A DNA stretch of 64,000 nt from Bacteroidales bacterium (GTDB taxonomy: Bacteria; Bacteroidota; Bacteroidia; Bacteroidales; JAAUTT01). The stretch spans positions 36,785-100,784 of the forward strand of contig JBBQTB010000001.1 of the NCBI GenBank assembly GCA_038213375.1, written 5' to 3'. Positions 20,219 to 30,527 of the stretch are shown one piece after another; position 1 is the stretch's first letter; each line of letters begins with the position of its first letter. The notes under the pieces were generated by a model. That model was not told the origin of the DNA. It saw only the letters and a list, made by a program, of their open reading frames with translations, and made no database searches. Position numbers and translations under genes: made by a program.

Positions 20219-21450
20219 TGATAAGAAGATTAATACTTTATAGCATTTTTATTTTGTTTGGGTATAACGCCATTGCCCAGCAACAAGTCCTAAATCGTTT
20301 AAAAGCAAAAGTTCTTATAGGGCAGGAAAAATATGATATGGCATTGGATCTACTTCAAAATTCTATTCCCATTCAAAAAACAGACAATACAATTTTCAGT
20401 GAAATTGGAGATTGTCAGTATCACAAACAGGATTACAACCAGTCCATTATCAATTACCTGAAAGCCGACAGCATTTTGCAAAACAGTTCGAGCATCGAAC
20501 TTGCACATTGCTATGCCTCAATAGGAGACAAAAATAGTTCGCTTCTCTGGCTTGAAAAACATTTGAAGGGAAATCAAAAGAAAACGGAACTTGAGATTGT
20601 AACCGACCCTGTTTTTGCTTCGATGTCGCACACCAATGAATGGAAAGAATTCTGGAAAAAATCATGGTATAGCGAAACCGAAACCGAAATAAATGCCATT
20701 GGCGCATTATTGGCAAAGGGTAAACCAAACGAAGCACTAAATGAGCTAGACACTTATCAAACTAAAATATCGCCTAAACATACTTATTATGCACTTCAAG
20801 CAAAGGCTTACGATCAGCAAAATTTGCCTGATCAGTCTCTGTTATCAATCACCCAAGCCATAGAAAAACATAGTCTGTCAGATGATTATCTTTCATTTCG
20901 AGCTCAGTTATTCCTTAAAACAGGAAAATACCCTCAAGCTTTGGATGATATTTCGAAAGCGATAAAACTGAATCCATTAATTCCCTTTTATTATATCAAA
21001 AGAGCCGAAATAGCCAGGTTAGCAGGAGATATGAAAATTGCTGAGTCGGATTTAAAAATCTATCAGGAGTTGTATCCGGAATCCATTGAAACAAACCATC
21101 AGTTGGGATTGCTCGAAAAGGCGAAAGGAAACCACCTTACGGCATTAAGCTATTATGATAAAGTGATTGAAAAAGATGCTTCCAAACCAGCATACTTTCT
21201 TGAAAGAGGTAAAATTGCGCTTGATGTGAAGCAAATTGAGAAAGCTGATGAGGATTTCGGCATGGCATTGGATCTTGACCCGTATATTGCTGAAGCTTAT
21301 TTACAAAAAGGCAACACAAGGCTACTACTTCAGGATAGCGAAGGAGCTTGTTATTGTTTTAAAAAAGCAAAACAATATGGCAACGCTGAGGCTGCCAAAC
21401 TAATTTATCAGAATTGTAAAGAGGAAAATAATCAAGTAAATAAATTTTAG
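20215..21450 (+). CDS. Tetratricopeptide-repeat protein
   Basis: Signal peptide and multiple TPR-like helices (ALDDISKAIKLNP). Confidence 0.85.
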   Translation: MMIRRLILYSIFILFGYNAIAQQQVLNRLKAKVLIGQEKYDMALDLLQNSIPIQKTDNTIFSEIGDCQYHKQDYNQSIINYLKADSILQNSSSIELAHCYASIGDKNSSLLWLEKHLKGNQKKTELEIVTDPVFASMSHTNEWKEFWKKSWYSETETEINAIGALLAKGKPNEALNELDTYQTKISPKHTYYALQAKAYDQQNLPDQSLLSITQAIEKHSLSDDYLSFRAQLFLKTGKYPQALDDISKAIKLNPLIPFYYIKRAEIARLAGDMKIAESDLKIYQELYPESIETNHQLGLLEKAKGNHLTALSYYDKVIEKDASKPAYFLERGKIALDVKQIEKADEDFGMALDLDPYIAEAYLQKGNTRLLLQDSEGACYCFKKAKQYGNAEAAKLIYQNCKEENNQVNKF

Positions 21451-21545
21451 GCTAATAGGAAAAAAAATATTTGTGTTCCCTTTTGACTCATGTTGAGGAA
21501 TCAACTCCCGACTTTGGTCTTTCAACATGAGACGTTATTTACGAA

Positions 21546-21911
21546 TTAGTTTTTATTTATGCGGGAATTCAGACTTGCGTCAAACCTTGGTTTCAGTTCG
21601 TTTAAAACATGTTGAGCGTCTATATCGCCTGCTAAAGCAGCTTCTTTATATTTATAATACAAACCAACCGCCTTGCCAAACAAATCATCGCCCAAGGCTT
21701 GCATAGCCATTGAGAGCACTACGCCAATTGATAATAATAATTGTTGAATTGTTTGAAACTCTGTTTCCTCCTCGATACTTCGAGTTTTCATTAATAAAAA
21801 ATTATTATACTGAGTAAGATAATCTATGTATTTATCAACCAGATAACGAAAATCCCGTTCAAATTTTTGCTTCTCTTCCTGCGATATTGACATTGGGTGT
21901 AATTTATCCAT
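21546..21911 (-). CDS. Hypothetical protein
   Basis: 121-aa helical ORF starting 14 bp after the CDF gene. Confidence 0.6.
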   Translation of the reverse strand: MDKLHPMSISQEEKQKFERDFRYLVDKYIDYLTQYNNFLLMKTRSIEEETEFQTIQQLLLSIGVVLSMAMQALGDDLFGKAVGLYYKYKEAALAGDIDAQHVLNELKPRFDASLNSRINKN

Positions 21912-21925
21912 ATAATTTACAAAAA

Positions 21926-22801
21926 TTATACCGTTTTTATGTTTTTATCCAATTGTTCGAGTGGTTCAGCATGAATATTTATCTCAAGATTTTTTATTTT
22001 TGTTTTCAGCTCATTCTCAATTTCATCGCACACATTGTGAACGTCTTTTAGTGACAAGTCCTCAAACATTTCAAGATGAATTTCAGCAAAACGATAGTGT
22101 CCTGCTCTTCTTGTTTTTAAATTGTGAAATCGCAGGGATCTGTCCCTGAGTGTATCCATAATAATCTGAACCTCACTATCGGCCATAGCAGTATCTACCA
22201 AAGGGAAAAAAGCATTTTTTAACAGTTGAAACGCTTCAAATAAAATAAAAATAGCCACCAGGATAGCTACAATTGGGTCGAGGTAATATAATCCTGTAAT
22301 CCAGATAAGAAACAAACCCACTCCAACTCCTGCAGAGGTATAAACATCGGCTTTTAAGTGAAGTGCATCGGCTTCAAGAGCAATGGAATCAGTTTCTTTT
22401 GCCACTTTATATAATCTACTGGAAACGAAATAGTTTACTATTGATGAAACGAACATAACGATAAAACCGAGGCCTATTGACCCAATTGGATCGTTTACGA
22501 CAAGCTTCTTTATTGCTTCAACAATAATCCATACCGCAGCAACAAAAATTAAAAGCGCCTCTATTACTCCCGAAATATTTTCGAATTTACCATGCCCGTA
22601 AGGATGTTCTTTATCAGCAGGTGTATCAGATATTTTCACTGAAAATAAAGCGATGATTGAAGCCAACAAATCCATTGACGAGTGAATTGCTTCAGAAATA
22701 ATACTCACTGATCCCGAGGTTAGTCCAACAACCAATTTAATTGCGATAAGAAATGAATTGGATAAGATGGATAGTCTGGCAACTTTTATTTTTTTGTTCA
22801 T
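21926..22801 (-). CDS. Cation diffusion facilitator (FieF-like) transporter
   Basis: SEAIHSSMD, HPYGHGKFE, ADALHLKAD and IHAEP. Confidence 0.92.
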   Translation of the reverse strand: MNKKIKVARLSILSNSFLIAIKLVVGLTSGSVSIISEAIHSSMDLLASIIALFSVKISDTPADKEHPYGHGKFENISGVIEALLIFVAAVWIIVEAIKKLVVNDPIGSIGLGFIVMFVSSIVNYFVSSRLYKVAKETDSIALEADALHLKADVYTSAGVGVGLFLIWITGLYYLDPIVAILVAIFILFEAFQLLKNAFFPLVDTAMADSEVQIIMDTLRDRSLRFHNLKTRRAGHYRFAEIHLEMFEDLSLKDVHNVCDEIENELKTKIKNLEINIHAEPLEQLDKNIKTV

Positions 22802-22887
22802 TATAATAAAATTTGAAATGCAAAAATACCATCTTTAATGAAATTCTCTAATCCACAAATAAAAAGTTATTACCAAGTTTTTACCGT

Positions 22888-23335
22888 TTATAAAGCGTGA
22901 TCATTTTTAAGATCAACACCTTTCCATGCTTTTTTAGCTGTCCAATCAGTTGTCGGCAATGTCTAAAATTGATGATTTGATGGTAATCCAAGAACTACCA
23001 TTCCAGTAGTAAATAGGTTTAAGCTTCCGGTGGAAATATAAATTTGCCGATAACTGGCTGATGTCCGCAAAAATCTATGGTTAACCATCCCTCGTGATCA
23101 AAACTCCACGAAGCTTCAATCATCTTTTGCATTCCATTGGCATGTTTTTTTAAGATTTTCATTACTCAGGGAATTAAATATAGGGTTTTGCGATATTTGT
23201 TAGTACCGAAACCCAGTATTCACGAGTATCAGCACTAAGTATTTGATTTTTGCACACATTCACTCGTGCTAAAGGAATTGTATATCCTGCCACTCCGGCA
23301 ATGGGCATAAGTTTTATAAAGTTTCGACAGCGCAT
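22888..23335 (-). pseudogene. DUF2264-family gene remnant with large internal deletion, stops and frameshifts
   Basis: N-terminal REYWVSVLTNIAKP and C-terminal GWLTIDFCGHQP...DWTAKKAWKGVDLKNDHAL* fragments lie within only about 450 bp. Confidence 0.7.
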
Positions 23336-23422
23336 CGTATTGTTTTCACAAAAATAGAATAACATGAGCGACAAATAATCTAAGATATTTACTATTTTTA
23401 TTGATCACTAAAAACCTCAATT

Positions 23423-24409
23423 ATGACGTACATTCCATCAGACAAAAGATACCAGCAAATGGTATATAAACGTTGCGGACAAAGCGGAGTAAAGCTTCCG
23501 GCAATATCACTGGGCTTATGGCACAATTTTGGGGGATCAGATATTTATGAAAATTATAGAAAAGTGTTGTTGCATGCATTTGACCGCGGTATTACACATT
23601 TCGATCTTGCGAATAACTATGGTCCTCCTCCGGGATCGGCTGAAGAAAATTTCGGCTCTATCCTAAAAAAAGATTTTGCCGGATACCGCGATGAGATGAT
23701 CATCTCAACTAAAGCAGGATATTTTATGTGGGAAGGGCCATATGGTGATTGGGGATCGAAAAAATATCTGGTGTCAAGTCTCGACCAAAGTTTAAAGCGA
23801 ATGCAGCTTGATTATGTGGATATTTTCTATTCTCACCGGCCAGACCCGGAAACGCCGATTGAAGAGACCATGTCGGCACTTGATTTGTTAGTAAGACAGG
23901 GTAAAGCTTTGTACGTCGGAATATCAAACTACAAAGACGATGAAGCGAAGAAAGCTATAAAAATCCTGAAGGAACTTGGAACACCGTGCCTCATCCATCA
24001 ACCAAAGTATTCGATGTTCGAACGCTGGGCAGAAGGGGGTTTGCTTGATGTGTTAGAAGATAATGGTGTAGGATGCATTCCGTTCTCCCCTTTGGCACAA
24101 GGATTATTAACCAACAAATACCTAAACGGAATTCCGGAGGGCTCGCGGGCCAGCAAAGGTGTATTCCTTAAACCAGAGATGCTTACACAAGATAAATTGA
24201 CTCAAATAAGAACACTTAACGAAATTGCCCAAAGCCGCAATCAATCGCTTGCACAGATGGCGCTTGCCTGGTTGCTGAAAGATAAACGCATAACCTCTGT
24301 GCTTATTGGAGCCAGCAGTGTTGTTCAACTTGATGATAATTTAAAAGCACTTGATAATTATCAGTTTTCGGCAGATGAATTAAAAAAGATTGAAAAAATA
24401 TTAAACTAG
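23423..24409 (+). CDS. mgrA: L-glyceraldehyde 3-phosphate reductase (aldo/keto reductase, YghZ/Gpr type)
   Basis: SLGLWHNFG, HFDLANNYGPPPGSAE and YSHRPDPETP. Confidence 0.9.
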   Translation: MTYIPSDKRYQQMVYKRCGQSGVKLPAISLGLWHNFGGSDIYENYRKVLLHAFDRGITHFDLANNYGPPPGSAEENFGSILKKDFAGYRDEMIISTKAGYFMWEGPYGDWGSKKYLVSSLDQSLKRMQLDYVDIFYSHRPDPETPIEETMSALDLLVRQGKALYVGISNYKDDEAKKAIKILKELGTPCLIHQPKYSMFERWAEGGLLDVLEDNGVGCIPFSPLAQGLLTNKYLNGIPEGSRASKGVFLKPEMLTQDKLTQIRTLNEIAQSRNQSLAQMALAWLLKDKRITSVLIGASSVVQLDDNLKALDNYQFSADELKKIEKILN

Positions 24410-24757
24410 AATAATTCTGATTTTTATTGATCGAAAGAATGATTTTAGTGAATTGTGCAAACGAATGCGCAGTTCACTAATCATGTTCAAAACCCTACCT
24501 GATGCTTTGATAAGCAAAAAAATATAAAATAATTCCAAAAGATCTTAAAATATTTGGATTTTATATTTATTCATACTTAATTGATTTAATGTATATTGCA
24601 AAATAAATGGCTAAGTTCAAGTTAAAAACAAACAATGTATTTGTAAAAACCTTGCTATTATTGGCCTATCAGAGTGTTTATATTAAAAATAATTGTATTT
24701 TTACATAGGTCTTATCACAAACCTTCTAAATTATTAAAAACTAAAAAACTTAATTTT

Positions 24758-25030
24758 ATGAACAAAGCAGAATTAGTTGATGCAATTGCAGCAGAAAGCG
24801 GATTGACAAAAGTAGATTCAAAAAAAGCTCTTGATGCCTTTATTAAAGTTTCTTCAGACACCTTGAAAAAAGGGGAAAGTGTTGTTCTTATTGGCTTCGC
24901 CACTTTTTCAGTTACACAACGCAGTGCCAGAACAGGTAGAAATCCTCAAACAGGCAAACCTCTTCAAATTAAAGCTAAAAAGGCTGTTAAATTTAAAGCC
25001 GGTTCGGAACTTAGTAAAAGTGTCGAATAA
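24758..25030 (+). CDS. hup: DNA-binding protein HU
   Basis: MNKAELVDAIA...GRNPQTG; likely start at ATG 24758. Confidence 0.95.
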   Translation: MNKAELVDAIAAESGLTKVDSKKALDAFIKVSSDTLKKGESVVLIGFATFSVTQRSARTGRNPQTGKPLQIKAKKAVKFKAGSELSKSVE

Positions 25031-25038
25031 AAAGTATC

Positions 25039-25068
25039 AAAAAAAGGAGCCATTAAGCTCCTTTTTTT
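25039..25068 (+). terminator. Intrinsic terminator after hup
   Basis: AAAAAAAGGAGC-CATTAA-GCTCCTTTTTTT. Confidence 0.85.
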
Positions 25069-25197
25069 ATAATATCATGTTAGTTGAAAAATTTAACATC
25101 ATCTATTCTACCCAAATACAATAAACAAGATAAATTTTAATATATTTCATGTGAAGCAAATTCCGCACACGAAAGTTGATTTTTTCAAATTTATTTA

Positions 25198-25773
25198 TTA
25201 GGCATATAATTTGGAATCTTTTTTAAGTGATCCAAAACGTTCCAAAAGAATCTTTCTTTTATCTTTATCTGACAGGTTCTTATATTCATACAATACCGGG
25301 TTGGCAAATACCCTGCGTTTATAAGCCTCAGTTGTCATTACTACCTTTGCCGGGTTACCTATTACTACTGAGTTGTCGGGTATTTTACCCCTTAATACGG
25401 ATCCTGCCCCTATGATACAATTATTGCCAATAGTGGTATTTGGAAGTATAAAACATGACATGCCTATAAAGCAATTGTTTCCGATTTTTATTGTACCAAA
25501 AAGGTCGAGGTTTGGATTTTCGTGATGAAAAATACAAATGCTTCCTTCATGTGTAATAAGTTTAGAGCCTTGTGCAATAATTACATCATTGCCAATATCA
25601 ATTAAATAAGACTCGGGAGAAATTGATACACAATGTATTCGGCATCTTTCGCCTATTCGTGCTCCCAATTTACGTAATGTATTTATTCTATAGGAATTAT
25701 TCAGGTTTTTATATAAGAAAACAAAAATATCATCAGATATCTTATTAATAGTGTTTTTAATAAAACGAATCAT
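25198..25773 (-). CDS. Hexapeptide-repeat acyltransferase
   Basis: IGNNCFIG...ILP...IGAGSV...GNPAK left-handed beta-helix motifs. Confidence 0.88.
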   Translation of the reverse strand: MIRFIKNTINKISDDIFVFLYKNLNNSYRINTLRKLGARIGERCRIHCVSISPESYLIDIGNDVIIAQGSKLITHEGSICIFHHENPNLDLFGTIKIGNNCFIGMSCFILPNTTIGNNCIIGAGSVLRGKIPDNSVVIGNPAKVVMTTEAYKRRVFANPVLYEYKNLSDKDKRKILLERFGSLKKDSKLYA

Positions 25774-26084
25774 AATTAGTTGAGATTTTTATATCAAAGT
25801 TACTATTTTTAAATTTGTTTTAAATTTGTCTTATATTTAAGGGAAAAATTACAATTTAAACAACTTTTTTATAACTATTGTTCATTCTCGAATATTAAGT
25901 CAAATTAAAGGATCAAAAGTAACAATTTCCATTATATTTCAATTTTACACTTACAATTGTTGTTTAATAACATCAATACATTAAACATAAAACAATACAT
26001 ATACTTCCCAATGCAATGGTAAGTATAAAACATTAATTATTTATTGATTAACTATATTATTATATAACATTACTACTTAAAATA

Positions 26085-27167
26085 TTGACAAAGATGGATA
26101 GACAACCTATATTGAGTAAAATTAACCTTCTGAAAAAATTTCTGAAAATTTCTAACCGTAAACCCTTATTAAAGATAATAAAGGAATGTATTATCCTTGC
26201 AGTGGTATTTCGATCTTTGCCAAGACAATATTTTGGCAGGTATTTATTCAAAAATGAAATTACAAACATAAAGGATTATCTTCCTACAAAAGTTTTGGGT
26301 GACATAAAGCGCTTTTTTAATGATAGATCGGTTGTTGAAGTATTAGAAAATAAACTATATTTTAACTTTTTTTATGGCCAATTCCATCTCAATCTACCTA
26401 AAATATTAATGTATAACCATCTAAAAATGTTTGTAATAGGTGGCGTTGCTCGTGAAATCAATACACCTGAAGGTTTTTACGAGATTTTAACTGAGTTGAT
26501 AAAAATAAATTCCATTGATTCTATTTTCATAAAAAGCACTTATGGCACTTATGGTGGAGAAAAAATTTATAAAATTTTTGAACATCAGCTCATCAAAGAA
26601 CGTTCAAAAATAGATTCATTGTATACTGAAATAATTAAGTCCGGATACCTTTTTCAGGAAACCATAAAACAACATCCTGAAATGGATAAACTTAATCCTT
26701 CGTGCATGAATACCATAAGGATGGATACTTTTATTGACTTGAAAGGTAATATTGAGGTAGTCTCGGCCTTTCTCCGAATGAGTATCAAAAACTCTCATGT
26801 TGACAATGTTTCTTCGGGAGGGTGTTTTGTTTATATAGATATCAAAACCGGAAAGCTGCTCGCTGATGGTTATAGGGGTATAAAGCAAGATGCTGGCGAA
26901 ACAATAATGATACATCCTATAACGAAGGTAAAATTTGAAGGCTTTGTAATTCCATTTTTTGCAGAGGCTAAGGATTTGATTATTAAGGCTGCTGGTTATA
27001 TGCCTGGTTTACGTCTAATTGGGTGGGATATTGGAATAGGTATTTCTGGACCGGTGTTAATTGAGGGAAACTCGGACTACGACTTAACAGGTAATGATAT
27101 GGCAGCTGGAGGATACTTATCAAATGCTGTTTTTTTAAAGGCACGGAATGAAATTCAGCATTTATAA
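26085..27167 (+). CDS. Sugar-transfer-associated ATP-grasp protein
   Basis: QETIKQH, NTIR, DNVSSGG, HPITK, IGWDI and LIEGN. Confidence 0.82.
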   Translation: MTKMDRQPILSKINLLKKFLKISNRKPLLKIIKECIILAVVFRSLPRQYFGRYLFKNEITNIKDYLPTKVLGDIKRFFNDRSVVEVLENKLYFNFFYGQFHLNLPKILMYNHLKMFVIGGVAREINTPEGFYEILTELIKINSIDSIFIKSTYGTYGGEKIYKIFEHQLIKERSKIDSLYTEIIKSGYLFQETIKQHPEMDKLNPSCMNTIRMDTFIDLKGNIEVVSAFLRMSIKNSHVDNVSSGGCFVYIDIKTGKLLADGYRGIKQDAGETIMIHPITKVKFEGFVIPFFAEAKDLIIKAAGYMPGLRLIGWDIGIGISGPVLIEGNSDYDLTGNDMAAGGYLSNAVFLKARNEIQHL

Positions 27168-27209
27168 TAATTTTGCTGCAAAATAAAATCATTTTTAAAA
27201 ACCAAAAAT

Positions 27210-28205
27210 ATGATTGACCTCTCTACAACTTATATGGGTTTCAAATTAAAGAACCCAATTATTGCAGGAAGTTCGGGACTTACCGATTCGGTTGACAAAA
27301 TTACAGAACTTGAAAAACACGGAGCTTCAGCCGTTGTTCTGCGTTCTATTTTCGAAGAAGAGATTCTTCTTGAAATGAATGCTAAACTGAAACAGATGAG
27401 TTCAAATGGCTTTGTATATCCCGAAACAGTAAACGACTACAAGTATTACGAAGATATTGAAGAAGAAACAACTTACAAATATCTAAAGTTAATCCGTGAC
27501 GTTAAATCGACTGTACGGATACCAGTTTTTGCAAGCATTAATTGTGTTAGTTCAACAAACTGGACGTATTTTTCAAAACAAATTGAGGATGCAGGCGCTG
27601 ATGCTATAGAACTTAATTTATTCATTCTTCCAACCGATTTTAATCATTCAAGCACCGAAAATGAGGAGGTTTACTTTGATATTGTTGCAGAAGTTCAAAA
27701 GCAGTTATCGATTCCCGTTTCGGTAAAAATCAGTTATTATTTTTCAAATCTGGGAAAATTAATTCAGGATATTTCCAAATCCGGGGCCAAAGGCATTGTG
27801 TTATTTAACAGGTATTATAGTCCGGATATAGATATTGAAAAAATGGAAATTAACTCCGGATTTGTATTGAGCAACCCCTCGGATATGGCAATATCACTTC
27901 GGTGGATTGCCATTATGTCGGGCAGGGTGAACTGCGACCTGATAGCTTCAACAGGGGTACACCATGGTAAAGATGTGATTAAACAATTGCTTGCCGGTGC
28001 GAAAGGGGTACAGATAGCATCAACACTTTATACAAACGGTCCGCAACAAATAGGACGGATGCTGGAAGAATTGAAAATCTGGATGGGTTCTAAAAAATTT
28101 GAATCGATAAATGATTTTAGGGGCAAATTATCTCAAAAAAACACCAAAAACCCCGCAGCTTACGAAAGAATTCAATTTATGAAATATTTCAGGGGATATA
28201 AATAA
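27210..28205 (+). CDS. Dihydroorotate dehydrogenase-like FMN protein
   Basis: DLSTTYMG.KLKNP, SIFEEEI, LFNRYYSPDID and YERIQFMK. Confidence 0.85.
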   Translation: MIDLSTTYMGFKLKNPIIAGSSGLTDSVDKITELEKHGASAVVLRSIFEEEILLEMNAKLKQMSSNGFVYPETVNDYKYYEDIEEETTYKYLKLIRDVKSTVRIPVFASINCVSSTNWTYFSKQIEDAGADAIELNLFILPTDFNHSSTENEEVYFDIVAEVQKQLSIPVSVKISYYFSNLGKLIQDISKSGAKGIVLFNRYYSPDIDIEKMEINSGFVLSNPSDMAISLRWIAIMSGRVNCDLIASTGVHHGKDVIKQLLAGAKGVQIASTLYTNGPQQIGRMLEELKIWMGSKKFESINDFRGKLSQKNTKNPAAYERIQFMKYFRGYK

Positions 28206-28294
28206 GACTTGAATATATCGGAGATCGATTTTTAAGTGATTAAAGGCTTCCAAGATTCAAACATTACTGATTCTTAAATCCAAAACATTTGAAT

Positions 28295-28885
28295 TTATAC
28301 TAAATCACACGCTTCCACAGGCATCCAGTGGTTGTCCTTACCATCCCACTTTATGTTGCAGCCGATAGGATTGGTTACCGGCAACGTTATATTTTTCCCG
28401 GCAGTAAGTTCAACCAGAGCCTTGTCCAAATTGTTAACCGTAACTTTTTCTGTATCCCGGGGACTATCTACATTTCGACCTGTATACACCAACTCGCGCT
28501 TTTCATTGAACACATAAAAATGCGGAGTGCGAAGAGCTCCATAAACTTTAGCAATTTCCTGCTTTGAATCCCTAAGATAAACCCACGGGAACTTAAACTT
28601 CTTCATTCGCGAAACCATATGGTCATAATCGTCTTCTTCGTAAGTCGATTCACTGTTTGAGTTAATGGCTACAAATTTCACCCCGGCAGACGCATGTTTT
28701 TCCGCGGTACATCGTGTAATTTCATCCGAACCAACCACATAAGGACAATGGTTGCAAGAAAAAAACACCACCAGGTATTTATATTGATCAAAATCTTTTA
28801 ACGAATATGTTTTTCCATCGGTTGCCAACAATGAAAAATCGGGAGCCTTTTTTCCTAATTCTAATGTGTAAGCCATAATTGTCAA
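28295..28885 (-). CDS. Thioredoxin/AhpC-TSA family protein
   Basis: CNHCPYV, TPHFYVF and PIGCNIKW. Confidence 0.88.
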   Translation of the reverse strand: MTIMAYTLELGKKAPDFSLLATDGKTYSLKDFDQYKYLVVFFSCNHCPYVVGSDEITRCTAEKHASAGVKFVAINSNSESTYEEDDYDHMVSRMKKFKFPWVYLRDSKQEIAKVYGALRTPHFYVFNEKRELVYTGRNVDSPRDTEKVTVNNLDKALVELTAGKNITLPVTNPIGCNIKWDGKDNHWMPVEACDLV

Positions 28886-29210
28886 TTGTTTAAGTAATTT
28901 TTTATACTTTCATTTTAAAACAAGTGAGGAAAAAAGTTGTTCATTGGGTTTTATGGAAATTGTTGAAAAAAACCTAGATTTATCAATTTTTATGCCATAA
29001 AATTACATATCTAATCTTTATTTTATATTTAATTATATTACAAGTAATTACATAATTTGTAATAAATAATTTAATAAAATTCTGTTCAGAATTGTGGAAA
29101 TATTCTACAATTACTATTTTTGCAATCATAAGAAGTCTTTCAATTTGCTATTGTTATCATGATACAACTATTTATTCAATAGTATTATAGAGGACAATAA
29201 TAAATACTTC

Positions 29211-30506
29211 ATGAGTTTTACCAATTATAGACAAGTAATGAATTTTTTTCCTAAATTTTTATTTTTATTATATTGTTTCTTAATGCCGATCAATGCCTTA
29301 TTCGCAATAGATCCCGATGTACCATGCACTAAACCAGATTCATTACAGAAAGATGCTCTCAGGATTTTTATTGATTGTCCTTTTTGTCAGTTTGGCTATC
29401 TAATGGAGAATATCCCCTTCGTAAACTATGTACGCGAGGTTGCTGAAGCTGATGTGTATATAAATATTTCATCGCAAAAGAATGGTACAGGCGGACCAAC
29501 CTATACTATTTTTATTAATGGACAAAAGAGGTTCGCAAATATGAGTGATACATTGATTTGCCAACAAACTCCTTACCTTACTAATGATGAATCGCGAATA
29601 GATTTTGTAAATACGCTAAAAATAGGTTTAATGCGGTATGTTGCTAAAACACCTTTGGTAAAATCTGTCTCCATCGATTACGCTTTTAAGAGCCAAAAAA
29701 GTAATGTTCAGGACAAATGGAAAAGCTGGGTTTTCTCTGTTAGCACAAACGGATCGCTGCATAACGAAGCAACATATAAATCGCAATCGCTGTCAACCGC
29801 CATCAATGCAAATAAAACAACTCGCGATTATAAATTCCGGCTTTGGGCAAGTACTTATTCCAATAACAGTAAATATAAGGTCGACAGCGGATACACGTCG
29901 GTCACAAACCGTAGTTTTGAAATTGGAAACAGGTATGTAAAAAGCTTGAATGATCACTGGTCATTAGGAGAGATTGTTAATTACTCATCAAATACGTATT
30001 ACAATATAAAGACTGCGTATTCAGTTTTTCCTGCCATTGAATACGACTATTTTCCTTATTCGGACTATAATCGTCGTCAATTGCGGTTATTGTATAAGGT
30101 TGGATATGTTCATCACAACTACATTGATACAACCATTTACAACAAAATAGAATCAGATATTTACATGCATTCGTTGGCCGCTACTTTTCAAATGATAGAA
30201 AAATGGGGATCTGCGACCACATCCTTAACGACAAGCAATTATCTTACTGATTTTGAAAAAAACAACCTATCTCTATGGGCATCAGTTGGCGTGCGTGTTT
30301 TTAAGGGTCTTTCGGTTTATTTATCAGGTAGTTCTTCGTTGATTCATGATCAGGTTTATCTGGCTAAAGGTATCGTAACCAGTAATGATGTTATACTTCG
30401 TCAACATCAATTACAGACCCAATATGTGTATGCAATGAATTTTGGTATTTCCTATACCTTTGGTTCAATGATTAATAACATAATTAATCCCCGATTTGGA
30501 GATTAA
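29211..30506 (+). CDS. Hypothetical outer-membrane beta-barrel protein
   Basis: Signal peptide, alternating beta strands and C-terminal YTFGS..NNIINPRF. Confidence 0.65.
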   Translation: MSFTNYRQVMNFFPKFLFLLYCFLMPINALFAIDPDVPCTKPDSLQKDALRIFIDCPFCQFGYLMENIPFVNYVREVAEADVYINISSQKNGTGGPTYTIFINGQKRFANMSDTLICQQTPYLTNDESRIDFVNTLKIGLMRYVAKTPLVKSVSIDYAFKSQKSNVQDKWKSWVFSVSTNGSLHNEATYKSQSLSTAINANKTTRDYKFRLWASTYSNNSKYKVDSGYTSVTNRSFEIGNRYVKSLNDHWSLGEIVNYSSNTYYNIKTAYSVFPAIEYDYFPYSDYNRRQLRLLYKVGYVHHNYIDTTIYNKIESDIYMHSLAATFQMIEKWGSATTSLTTSNYLTDFEKNNLSLWASVGVRVFKGLSVYLSGSSSLIHDQVYLAKGIVTSNDVILRQHQLQTQYVYAMNFGISYTFGSMINNIINPRFGD

Positions 30507-30527
30507 GCGGATAGAAAATTCATAATA

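Noticed and set aside
29003-29100. TTACAT and GTGGAAAT words upstream of the thioredoxin and outer-membrane genes
   Set aside because: Spacing and order do not fit the 21/22 + 22 architecture, and such words are expected by chance in AT-rich DNA.
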